NCBI GenBank assembly: GCA_964247055.1
Contig: OZ176054.1
Coordinates: 10,726,001 to 10,790,000 of the forward strand
From: Paragordius varius
Lineage: Eukaryota > Animalia > Nematomorpha
Reading direction: 5' to 3'
DNA: 64,000 nucleotides
The position numbers were made by a program, and so were the translations under genes. Of this stretch, positions 25,901-38,627 are shown in pieces. The notes beneath the pieces are model-generated. The model did no database searches. It was given only the letters and a program-made list of their open reading frames with translations, and was not told the DNA's origin. Position 1 is the first letter of the stretch. Each line of letters starts with the position of its first letter.

Positions 25901-28316
25901 AAGCCAGAATCAAATTTCATAATATTTGTACCAGCGCATATGGATCGCTTGACAAAAATATTTGGAATGCCATGTATAATCCCCTTATACTCATCAAGAT
26001 TTTATGCAAATCTATGAGGAAACTTGCTGAAAAAATAAATAACCTTTATTCCAATGATTCGCCTGGAACAGATGAAGTTTCTTATGAAACTGAAACATGC
26101 GACGCGACATGGTTAGGATTATATGCGATACATAATCTGCTAGGGTCCTTTTGTGGACCATTATGTAATGAAGAAATTGAAAGGGAAGCGAAATTTCTTG
26201 TGCCTATTAAAACATGTATAGAATGTATACTACAGTTGTCCCCTATCTTTTCTAATAATAGACTAGGGAATCCTTGTACAACAAAATACAAAAATCTAAT
26301 AAGTGATTTTGAATTCGCAGTCCTATATTATAAAGTTGCCAGAAATGTGCAATGTTTTAATTCACCTGAATACAATTCTTCAACCATTATTAGTTTCCGT
26401 AAAAATTTAGCTCGGGCACTTAAAACCATTGATAATGCATCTCTTAATTCGATACAAACCTTGCTAAAGAAATTAAAATTGCTTGGAAACAGTGATGAAG
26501 GATGTATAGAAAACAATATTTTGCCATCCCATTTAAAAGATCAAGCCTTTTGCGGAATATTTCCTTTACACGCTTTACTTAATCATAGTTGTAATCCAAA
26601 TATAGAAGTGCAAGACTTGAAAGTGGTAAACACTGAACTTAAAAATGACAATGGCCATCTTATAACCGGAAGCGATATGGATAAATTCGAAAAAAGGTTA
26701 TTTATTTAGTATAAATATTATTTCTTTTTTTCGATAATGTCGCTTACACGTACTTTTAATTATTATGTGTAAATACTTATAATTTTTTAGATGATTTAAA
26801 ATAAATCTATAATCCTCTGAATTAAACAATATGAAATAATTTAATTTTCAGAAAAAATGCTATCTCTGACTAATCCTAAATTTAAATTAAGGGAAAAGAG
26901 CTATGATCATTTTTATGACAACCCTTCATCTGTCAAAAAATAGTTTTCGTTAACGAAACGTCATTACTCTGACCATATATATCTTGAACATTGCTTATTT
27001 TTTGTTAATTTATAAAATGCCAAAACGCACTAAAATATTTTTTGTCGTAAAAATTAAAAGCCATAGGGTAAAAATATTTCTAATATGACAAATTAATACA
27101 AAATCTATTATTAATAAAAGGAATGATTTGCATTTTAAATCATTTACAACAACTTAAGTCATTTTAATTTCAGTCAGGTGCAAACAACTTGTAAACATTA
27201 ATTGACCACTTTTAATATTAATCTAGAGTTTATGAAATATTTATCATTTCATTAAGTTAAAAGGTCATACACATAAATCAAACCTAAAATTTTAACAAAG
27301 AATGGGAAGGATTTAAATTAAAAATCAAGTAATCTTAAGCAACATCATGTTTCGTAGAATTAGTGTTTTACTATTGTTTTAGACATACTTTAACCAATTA
27401 ATTGGACTAATATTAAACCGTCAAATTATTGTTAAATTTTCTTTAAAATCGTTTTTGGTCATAATTTAAATTTTACAATTTATGATGTAATAAAAACACA
27501 CGATATCATGTACTTTAGGATTTTAATATTTATCTTTTTCAGAATATTTATCGCATATTATTATCTTAAAAGCAAGAAAATATAACTTAAAATATTTTAA
27601 AGGCAATTTTATCATGGCTGGGAGATTTTATACCAAGCTTCTTCCTATAATGTCTTAAAATTTACAAACTTAAAATTTATTTTATAAAATTTTAATCATA
27701 GTGGACTAACAAGATCGTTTGGCATAAATCTCAAAACTACTCGACCAATTAAGCCCGATGAAGAATTATTTATCATGTATATTGATTCAAATTTAGCTGG
27801 TAACTTAAGGAAGGCATGGTTAAGGCGTGCTTATGGATTCGAATGCCTTTGCTCCTTATGTAAAAGGTTTAACATTAGTTGATTTATTTACATAAAATAT
27901 ATATTTTAACCATTTATACGATAAATGATTAAATTAATTATCATAGGCAACATATTAACCATATTCCTTGCAAAAATTGTGGCACAACTGCTCAAAAAAT
28001 CCTTGACTCTTTTCAAACAAACAACACACTATTGGCATCTCAGAACCTAAATGATTTGGAAAAAAATTTAAAAAATTTAGAAGTGGAACCCATAGTTTCA
28101 GAGCAATGCTTTCTCCCATTTAAACAGTGTGGCAAATGCTTGAAAGTATCTTATTGTAGCAAAAAGTGTCAAATAAATGATTGGAAAAATGGACACAAAT
28201 ACATATGCGGTTATGTGACGCCTTTGGAAAACCATGGAATTAGTGTTAATTCTACGCTTAATTCCATTGTGAACAAAAATATTATAAGTAATAGTGATAT
28301 TAAGTTGGCATTATAA
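21809..28316 (+). CDS. SET and MYND domain protein (SMYD-like lysine methyltransferase) with an additional C-terminal MYND finger, about 681 aa
   Basis: Exons 21809-21887 (tentative first), 22480-22729, 22814-22917, 23594-23715, 25741-26696, 27702-27866, 27947-28316 total 2046 nt in frame. Motifs: SET-N KGKSLRAKNDI...ESPI; internal MYND CAKC...CINKC..EYYCSESCRDQSWNFYHSVVC; GIFPLHALLNHSCNPN; EELFIMY; post-SET FECLCSLC; C-terminal CKNC...CGKC..VSYCSKKCQINDWKNGHKYIC. Confidence 0.88.
22976..23228. repeat. Degenerate foldback with inverted arrays of about 20-21-bp units beside a (TA)n tract, in a SMYD intron
   Basis: Left units resemble TTCAAGCAAACGCAACAC and right units resemble GAAAAAGTGTTGCGTTT. 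The element ends in AAAATGG and follows (TA)n at 22925-22964. Confidence 0.6.
23967..24685 (-). mobile_element. hAT (Blackjack-like) deletion derivative in SMYD intron 4
   Basis: TIR AGGGTGACCAGAT ... GTCTGGTCACCCTA. The internal minus-strand relic TLPGTNA...WTSEK resembles the hAT transposase C-terminus. No TSD match was found. Confidence 0.65.
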
Positions 28317-31300
28317 ATCGCCGTATAAAGTTTTTTTAAATGCATTTATATTTAAGCTATCGTTTGGCATGATTATAGACGAAATATATCTTCATTGTAA
28401 ACTCATTCATACTAGATATATTTTATAATTCCAAAGTACGACGAATTGATTGTGTGATTAACTATTTTGTATGTTTGAATAATAAATTTTATTTGGAAAA
28501 GAATAGAGATATTGAATTAATTTTAGGCATATTTCACTCAAGATTGTTTTTGATTATGCGATTTAAAATTGGATTTAAAAAGTATTTAAGGTATTAGGTC
28601 AAAAATATGCTTTTATAACCTTTTAAGCGTATAATTTTTTAATGTAAAAAATTTCACAAACTTTCGCCGTCATTTTTTTCTTTAAAGATTTAATAGCTAA
28701 AATAAGCAAATAATTTATATATCAATTCCAAATAATTAACTGAGTATCCTTTCGATGGTTTATAATGTTCAAATCAGCTGTTTCAATCGTGTTTTAGAAC
28801 TGTTTCAATTAAGACTTAAAGTCGCATAATTAAAAATATAAGCTTTTTTATTATGATAACAATGTTTGGTAATTAAATATAACAAATTTTCAAGTTAAAG
28901 GTTATTTACAAAATATGTAATCTGAAAAATTAAAAAGTTCATGAAGCGATATTAAATGAGCTTGAGTTTTTCCTATTTATATGTTAATTTCACAAATCAA
29001 CAATTTATACTTTATTAACTAATTAAATACTCTTTCTCTCGCCACTCATTTTTAAATCAATACAAAATAATATTTAACCGATATCATAAGGTTATCTATA
29101 TAAATTCGATGACTGATATTTCATTTCCTTTTTTTATATGTAAACGCACTTTGGTGTAATTAGGTGAAATAATGTTTATTATTTTTCTTAATTTGCGGTC
29201 AAAAGTTTGAGATAAGAATTTTTCAATTTGGAATATAATTTCATTAGTTTACGCCCAATTCTAGTTATCGGAAAGCGTAACATATTATTACACTTCATTA
29301 CTTAAGGCAGTGTGCCAATCGTGTGTTGGAACTGTACGTTTTAAAATACTGTAGTAATGTAAGTTATCTAACGCAAAAGACCAATGTGTGATAATTAAAT
29401 TTTATAAATAAAAAAACTATCAAAATAATAGCTCATTTTAAATAGGTATCTATGGTATATATATAACTACCCAAATATGTCATCGCACATAAAAATGAAA
29501 AGTTGTGATAGGGGTGTAAAATAACTAATGTAATTACATATATATCTGATGGAAAAATGCTATCATGATTCGGGTTTTGGCCTTACGAATAATTTGAGAA
29601 AGTTAATTACATATTTGTGTTTCTATTATCAGAAAATGGAAAATCTGCGAATTTTTTTAAATTTTTTTTGATGGATTGCTTCATTCCAAAAAATATCACT
29701 AATATACATTATATACCTATCAAAAACTAATATATAATTTTAAAAAAATTAGATATGGGCTCCAAAGTTCCAAATTTTTACGCTCTTCTAAGGTTGTTTT
29801 CTTGAATAAACACAAAATATCTCGGTTTATAGTTTAAAATATAAATTTTGACAACAAAAAGATTTTAAAAATGCATACATTTACAATCGTTTTCTCTACT
29901 GTAGCATACTTCACACTATTTAAAGGTATACGTTATAAAAATGCTTTCGAAGTGTTTTTATATCTGCGTTTTTTATATTATTTCTTAGCATGCCTTAAAC
30001 TAATATGAAATACGGTTCATAAAACTTTGATAAATTTAATTGAGCATAATTTTTTATTTATTTGTGTAAATTAAGGACAATTAGTCTAAAATCCCGGCAT
30101 TTTTGAGTTTTTGGTAAAACTCCATTTTAGATTAGTGATAAAAATTTTTTTGACTTTTGGAGCCCACACCCAAAAATTAAATTTTTTAAAAAATTTATTT
30201 TGCTTACAGTACCTTATGATACATTTTAAAATATTTTTTGTAAAAAAATCCCAGATTCCACACAAAAAACATATAAACAAGTCGTAGATTTTTCCATTAT
30301 CTGATAAGCACTTGCCGAAAGCGTAAATAATTTTTTTATATCATTCGTAAGAGCCATAACCAATAGCACCATAAAAATACATACATTTTCTCATCATATA
30401 TATACAGGTGTTTTTTGTGGATATTTTGGCATAATTTTTTAATATTTATTTAACAATTTTAGGGTCACAAGCAACTTTTAAAATCGAAGGACTGAAACGA
30501 ATATGAATCCATGTGTTAAGGTAATATTGTATGATCATTTCACTTTTTGTATTTTTTTATCGGCATTTTGTATTATTCACCTAAGAAGGTGTAGTTTATG
30601 ATTTGGAATACCTAAAATACTTTTTGAGATTTTGAATTTTATATCGTTCTGAAATAAACTACCCCAAAAGCTCAAAAGTTAAATTGACAAGGGTTTGCAT
30701 ATATATATATATATATATATAAGGTTTTTATAATCCAAAAATTATATAATTATGTTGATTTATACAGTGAAATATAAATATGGTTTTATAAAAAAATTCG
30801 TTATGGGCCTAGCAGACGAATTTAACATCTGACATAATGAAGCGGATAAAAAATACGAATTTCAAATCCACGTGTTAAGGCTAGAGTTGATGCCAAAAAA
30901 TGCATTCACATCATAGTTATCTCATATATCATGAAAATCTATTGCATAATTAATATATGGATAAGGTAGTTTTTTTATAATTATTAGGTTACTACTTTGG
31001 TTTTATCACATGAACCATATTTCTTCATCTAAAGTTCAAGCATGGCCAAACATAGAACTATATCTTGTGTATAATTATTGGGATTATAGATCACTTGTTC
31101 AAATTAAACAATTGCATAAGTTAAAAACATATTTTGGAAATCAGGTAAAAATATTTAATTTACACAATATTTGTCATTATGGTAAATTTGTGACGCGTTA
31201 ATTTATTAGATTACATTTCACACAATTAATCATGCTGAAATCAATGCTACTGACGATATCCAAAGACATTTTGATATCAAATTAACACCACCAACTTATT

Positions 31301-31555
31301 ATTTAAAGTATGGTTCTTTCCCCTTAATCCGTTACGAAGGTTCCCTTTATTCGCCAAATTTAATCGGATATTTGCAAGCGATTTTAAATCCAATCTCTCT
31401 ATTGCAATCCTATGATGACTACCATTATCTATCAATTTATCAGGTAAAATTAATTTGATATCACTTCCACATATAAATTATTTCAGATAATTTGCTTGAT
31501 CATATTTTCTTAAGCATTTTTATTGTAATCTGCAGTTATTTTAAATTATTTGAAT

Positions 31556-32112
31556 AACCTTTGGATACAACATATTCATTTTAGTCGATTTAAATTGGGG
31601 CAGTCAAATACCCCAGGCCTGTTTAAAATTAAATTTTAAAAAATTATGGGAAATCAAAACCATGGCAAAATTTTGCACTTATATAACATTAATAAACCGA
31701 AATATATAATAAAACCTATTCACAAATACTTGATATGATTTATTTTAAGCTAAAACCGAAAGGTAAAAGTTTAGTCAACGTGACATGTGCGCAACGCTAA
31801 AATTAAAAACAAAAAATAAACCGCTTTTTCCATTTCTATCAATGTTCGATTCTAATTTAAATTAAAAATCTTTAATTTTACCCTTAAAATTAAATGAATA
31901 CGATATTTTGCAAAAATTTTGTTAAATAAAAATGGCGTCGAAGTAGTTTGACATGGAACTTTTTTTTCAAAACAAAATTTTATTTGAATATTTTGGGATA
32001 TTTATATAATTTTTATTAGGATAGAAGCATTAATAAATTAGGACCGTTTCATTTAAAAAATTCTAACTCAAATTTAGTCTGGGGTATTTAGATATACAAT
32101 TCGAAGTGTTAA
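31556..32112 (+). mobile_element. TTAA-flanked MITE, copy 2
   Basis: Colinear with 9641-10230. The right end TTCGAAGTG-TTAA is intact and the left end is degenerate. Confidence 0.8.
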
Positions 32113-32389
32113 TACATTGTTGAATTGGAATTTCGTAATATATATAGATACGCCTTATAACATTTTGAGTAATTATTGGTAAATCCATATTAGGTAATAT
32201 TTAAAAATGTACATTCTCTTGCATTTTAAGCGCAACATTAACAAATGATAAAAATCATTTAATATATTGTTTAAACTGGAATCACTCTTAAAACATTGGG
32301 ACATTTAAATATATGATTAGATGATAATTAAAAAATGTCAATAATTGTCTAATATCCTAAAAATACTGCGTAATGACTTTTATTTACAG

Positions 32390-33653
32390 GCTTTTTGATC
32401 CTTAGTTGTTGATTCGTATACCCCTTCTTGATTTTAAACCCTAAATAGTTGACTGATTCTGCACCTATTATAACTTTTTACCTTGAATCCGGCCAGACCA
32501 GTTAATACGTTACTTAATTTGTTTATGTGTTCAGTTTCTGTTTTTTACAGCCACTCATCGGCTATACAAACACAAGTTTCTGTATTGCCACCAGCAACTG
32601 TTCCATCATCGTTAAAAATAAATGAGTATCGTAGCCAGTTTAAAAATATCCGCTTATATTTACAAAAAACATTTATGCATCGAAATGGTTAATAATATTT
32701 TACATTCCTTTGCCACTAGAATCTGGAGGTATTTTATAGGTCAATTTTTATTTTCGAACTTCGCATCTACTCATCAAAGGCAGGAATCATGTAAAAATCA
32801 TCTTGCAACCCGCTGATTTTAATTTTTTATTTGGTTTAAGGACATTAACCGTAGGTGTGATCCATGTTACAGGTGTAATGTTAGGATTCACCGTTTTAAG
32901 ATGCCTACTTTTATAGCCTCGTCAGCTCCTTTTCTACTTTTGCTCTTAAGGGAAAAGTCACCCTATGACATGGCCATATTTCCGGAGTCGCATTCCCTGC
33001 AATGCGTATTTTTACGAGGTCTTTCTGTGCCATAACTTTTTTAAATATCAAATTTTCCTAAACCTGGTTTAATTCAAGATATTTTATTTCAACCTGTGCC
33101 AGTCTAATGCACAAATATTCCCCATTTTTCGTACTACATTCTTTGTTAGTTTATCAATGTTGAAATCCCATTCATTGGAACTGTGGAATTGTTATACGAC
33201 TTGAACAGAGGACTCGAGCGGAGTCTTGGCTTGCCCAATTGTTGCCATGTCGCAAAGATCATCACACTGACATCTAAACCGGTGTCATAGAGGAATTCTT
33301 TCCCTCGGTTATATTATTATACATAATAACAACGTTGTTTTTTGGCCCATAAATTACCACGTCGACCAAAACTGGGCTGTTTTGACGGACGAATCAAGGA
33401 AAGTGCCTCCTACAGGTTAATCAAGAAGTATAGCAGCTCCTAGCGCAACTAATAACATTCATCTATAGAAAAATACAATGATAGTAACATATTTGAATAT
33501 TATCTCGAGTATATTAATGTATTTGACGCAAAAGATATCCTCGTAACTGAAAACAACCTGGTAACCATTGTTGTTTTGACTTCTGTTTGCCGAGGTAATC
33601 GATTCGGTTTTGTCATTGGGGGTGATCGGACTGTTTGGTTGAGATTCGGCCAT
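32390..33653 (-). pseudogene. Degenerate Ty3/Gypsy gag-protease-RT relic (element A)
   Basis: Minus-strand aspartic protease motif EFLYDTG near 33290, followed by an RT-like region (VLTGL...YLGFKI) at 32400-32800. Many stops and frameshifts. Confidence 0.7.
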
Positions 33654-33699
33654 TAAACATCATCCCTGACAGTGGTTACGTCCTCTATCACTTGTGTTG

Positions 33700-35660
33700 A
33701 TTGTTGTCGCTGGTTTATGATTTGATCGGTGTCTTTTCTCACGAGTTTCTCCCGGTCCTCGTCCCACACCTTGTAAGACAATAACCCTGTAATGTTCGTG
33801 ACTCCGTGTGTGCCAACCTGGACTTTGTTCATTTTTAATCATTGCTGGTTGATCAATCGCAAACTCACGTCGGAGGGCCAGCGCATGTAATAATCTCGCT
33901 CTACTATTTAACCAGGTAAAGGGTATGGGGTGTACGTTTGAATATTAATTGAGACGGGGTTTCATTAGTTGTCGAATGTATGAAGATTTTATGCACCTAT
34001 AGGCTAGTTTTAAAAGCTTCGTGTGTGTGGATATCGCACTTATTTTTTATCGACCTTTAAACCTTTCTACCATCGCATTACTTTTAGGATAGTAGGGGGT
34101 AACTTTAATATACCCCTAGTTTACTTAAGGTTGGCGTAAGTACTCATAGCTGAAATTCGATGCGTCATCGCTAACGATCTCTCTTGCAAAACCAAACCTT
34201 GCAAATGTTTCTTCTACTTTATGGATTATATCCACTGCGGTCGCCTTTTTCAAAATGTACCCTTCTGCCCATTTCGAAGCACTATCAATTATCAACAACC
34301 AATAATAACCGTCTACCGGTCCGGTTATATCAATATGCAAACGCTCCCACACAGCAATATTATGATCCCACTGATAAGTGGAATTCTGAGTGACATTCAG
34401 TCTACTACATTGGCACGATTTTCACTGACTACTGGATTTTACCAGGTCATTTTCTAATTCAGGCCAATAACACGTAAAGGCCATAGCTTTCATGGTCCCT
34501 ACGTTGTTATGACCGCTGTGTAGGTATCTCACCACCTCTTTTTGGAGGGGCTTCGGAATTATAATCCGATCATTTAAACTTAATAAGCCATATTGATATG
34601 CCAACTCGTCTTTACGGTTTACAAACTTTTCTGATTCTGGAGAACTTTAATAGTTGTTTAACGCTTTAATTACTTTTTGTAATATTACATCTAATGCGGT
34701 TTCTGTTCGAATTTCATCTCTGCTTAACCGCACGTTATGACAATTCAATCTCAGATATCTGGCAACCGCATAATCTACATCATAGGCAACGATCTCGTCA
34801 ATCGGCCATATCGATAAATAATCAGCTCTAGAAACCCCTTTTGATGACTTATTTTAAAATCGTATTCATTTATTATATTAATCCATCTTGGTACATTGTT
34901 ATGTATTTCCTTTAAATTTCGATCTCTATTTATTAACTTTACCAAGAGTAAATGGTCATTTAATGGTACAAATTTTCTATTATATACGAAACTATGAAAC
35001 TTTCTTAACGCAAACAATATTGCTTTTAATTCCATCTCGATATGGAATAATTCCGTTCGGCGTTGCTACATTTTTGTGAGGCATACGCGATTGGTACTCT
35101 TTCACTATTAACCTAATGACTTAAAATGCACCTAAATCCTAAATCTGTGCATCCCTTTCTATTATCAATATCCTATTAGGATTATATGATGTTGAAAACA
35201 TTTAACAAATTCTAGCTGGTGCCCAACTTTTCTCATGTTTCTCTCTCCAAGACCAACTCGTATTTTTACTAGTAAATTCATCTAATGGTTCATGAACCTA
35301 AAAAACTACCTAACGATTTTTTATCCAGAGGCCTTTGCATTTATCTAATTGCCCTGATTTTGCTTTTACATGGACTTATACCTGTTTTTTGATATTTCAA
35401 ACCCTAAATAGTTTATTCTGCACATATCACTATTTTATATTGTCTTAATTTGAATCTGGCCTTATCGAGACCACTTAATACGTTATTTAAATTGTTAATG
35501 TGTTCACTTTCCGTCTTACCAGTCACTAGAACCTCATTTAAATACACACAAGTTCCTGGACTATCAGCTAGTATGTGTCGAAATGGTTAATAATTCTTGT
35601 CACTCCTCTGCCACCGGCATCTGGAGGTACGCGTTTTTTAGGTCAAGTTTTGTGTATGTT
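33700..35660 (-). pseudogene. Degenerate Ty3/Gypsy RT-RNaseH-integrase relic (element B)
   Basis: ELKAILFALRKFHSFV...DH (RNase H, 34775-35035); IIIPKPLQKEVVRYLHSGH...YWP (integrase zinc-binding region); WERLHIDITGP...IIDSASKW...IVSD (integrase core, 34125-34352). The RT segment at 35400-35660 is homologous to 32480-32760. Confidence 0.85.
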
Positions 35661-36088
35661 AGACCTTTGCCTATTTTTGACACCATAAAATTTGAAATAT
35701 ATATAATTGAGATTGACTCTGTTTTATTCCCTATTCTTTACTTAAAAATACCGTTTTAGAGTATGATTGTTTTTGTAAAAAAAATTATTTGCCTTTTAGA
35801 CTTTACGTTTAAATTTTTATATAAATAATATACACTGTCTTTTCCCATTTTAGCATTATATGGTGTACTTTGTGAAGCTTGATGATGTAGATTCATATAG
35901 GCAATATTTCTTCCAAGTATTGAAATATTATTCCACAGGTTTAAAATTTGGTTTTTTTACTATATTTTTAATTTTATACACTTTATAAATTGTTTAATGC
36001 AAAAATTTATCGCAATTAAGCGAAAATAAATGAATTTTACATTGATAATATCACACATTATTACATTTTTTAAATAGTGGAATACTGT

Positions 36089-36135
<47 letters not shown>

Positions 36136-38627
36136 TACAAAATATAAAAATTTAAGTATTAAGTTATAACAATTATATTAGATATAATTTTCTTTTGTAT
36201 ATAATCTAATTATAATCAAATATATTTTAAATATTATCCCTTATAAAACTGTCACAAAATTTACCCAAATTTTGAACATTCGTACATCTTTATTATAATT
36301 TTTACATTGTTTTTTCAATGAAAATTAATTATATAAAAGTATATATTATTACTATTGATAATAACATTTTAAAATAATAATTTAGACTCTAAATGATATT
36401 TTTAAGCAAATCAAAAATTAATTTTCAAATACAGTTGGGTATGATCAAGCAAGACCCATGGGGTTTGGTGTTTGTTTTAATGATCGGATCGCCGAACATT
36501 ACCGAACAACCTATGATATCAAGCATATGAAATCGTTTTTAGTACGATCCGATACATATAGATTAGTAGAGGTATGAAAAATAAATTATTTAAGGACAGG
36601 TTGAAAAAAAAGTTTTGCCATATAATAAAATTTGTATTTTTCGAGGTTTTTTTTAATACAATTTGTGCGATTTTAAGGGCCAAAAATTGAGGATTATACC
36701 GTACACAAAAAACCTTTGTAGCAATCTAAAGAATATTACAATAATAAATTTTAAAAAACTAAATTTTGACGGGAAATTTATTAATAATGGTGTGTATTTG
36801 AGGTTTTTTGGACATTTATGGCCATTTTACGACATAATCACAATTTTTATTGGATATTTACGCCAAAGTTTGAATTTTATTTTGATTGTTCAGGATTTCT
36901 CCTCTCCCTTTCCCACAAAAAATCATTTAAGAATATATATTATCCATGTCTATGATAATTCTTATTAAATATTTAACTATTATAAATCTTATTTTTTATA
37001 ATCATTTAACCCAAAATTTTACACCATATTTTTGCACTTTTAATAATAACTAAACGTTACCAAAATACCGTTTAATAAGTTACAAATCATATTTTTTGTA
37101 TTAATTTTTTTTACATATTTATAACAAATTATATTTACACCATATCCTTTTCATATTATAGAAGATATTTGAACCTCCTTGGTATAATGAATATAGTGGA
37201 AGTCTTTATGATTTGAATAAACATGCCGGTCCTACTCATGTAATTTTCCCTTTAGTTAAAAAATTGCATTACATTTATATGGTTTATCAGAGTATACTGT
37301 TTTATAGTTTGAAAAATTGGGCTTAAAAATGACATATGAGCCAATTATTTTGCTAATTACGGTTAAACCATAACCTCTAAAACAGAAGTGTCTAACACAC
37401 GGCCCCCGATATCCATATTAAAATTGATAATTAAACATTTTTTTTGAATAATTCTATTTAATTGGCAAAAACTAGAGAAAATTTAAATATTAAGTTTGCA
37501 ATTTAAATGGTCATTTATTTATTTATTTTAAACGTGAAACATGGGGCGAAACCATTTAAGATGGACATCACCCCTGCTCTAGAGAAAGTTAAAATGGTAA
37601 ATTTTTTACAAATACGCAAATTCGTATTATTGTAATCAATATTTAAATATGTTGTATCAAATAATACTAAATGTTTATAAATTTCGCCCGTTATTATTGC
37701 AGTTGATACTTTATATACCAGTTTTTTGAAAATATAAGTGACTTTTTAAGCAATAACAATATATGACTAAAAAAATTTTACCCCTAAAAAAAGTGTTTTA
37801 CCCAATCAATATTATCATTAATTTTAGAATATATTTTGGAGACCCTTAAATTTGAACAACATTGATTAAAAAAATTATAATGAAAGCGTACATATTTTAG
37901 CCTTAAGCTAACAACTTTGGCTCATTTTACGAAGTTTTACAGAAAATTTTTTAGCACAATTTTGCATATTTTTACTAAGCTTTCTCCTTCCAAGATTTTT
38001 TACTCGTTTAAAATAATAATTTAATGAATAATTTTGCGCATTTGACCTGTTTTTATCGGCTTTTATTTTTATATTTTAATCAAATTTTTCTTCTAGTTGC
38101 TCATTTTTTCTAGTATTTTTTATCACTCTAATTAGATTTTTAATCATTTTTAGGGTATCTCTTATTTTCAATTTCTCTTTATTTTCTATACATATACAAA
38201 AATAATAAAAAAATAAGCCACTTTGTATGATTCTTTTCCAAAAATTTGCAAGACATTTAATGGAAATACATTTATATGTGACATATAAGACAATTGTACG
38301 GTAACGACAAAGGTTTGTTAAATAATATTCGTATAAACTTAGTGAATAATATAGGAAATAAAAATAAATTTATCTAAAACTCTAATTTTCGCACAAAGGT
38401 ATCATCAGGATTTTTAAAATATATTTGAAATGATTTACCATAATCATCATTTGGAAATCCATATTCACGTTGCCGGGTTCAAAACTAGAATTATCAGCTG
38501 TTTAACAAATTTATATTGTTTGTGCGAATAATGGCGGCAATTTCCAAAAAACTAAAGTTTAACATGTACTTTCAAATAGATGGTGTATATATGTAAAGGC
38601 AGGTTTTTATACCTTTGAAATAATTAA

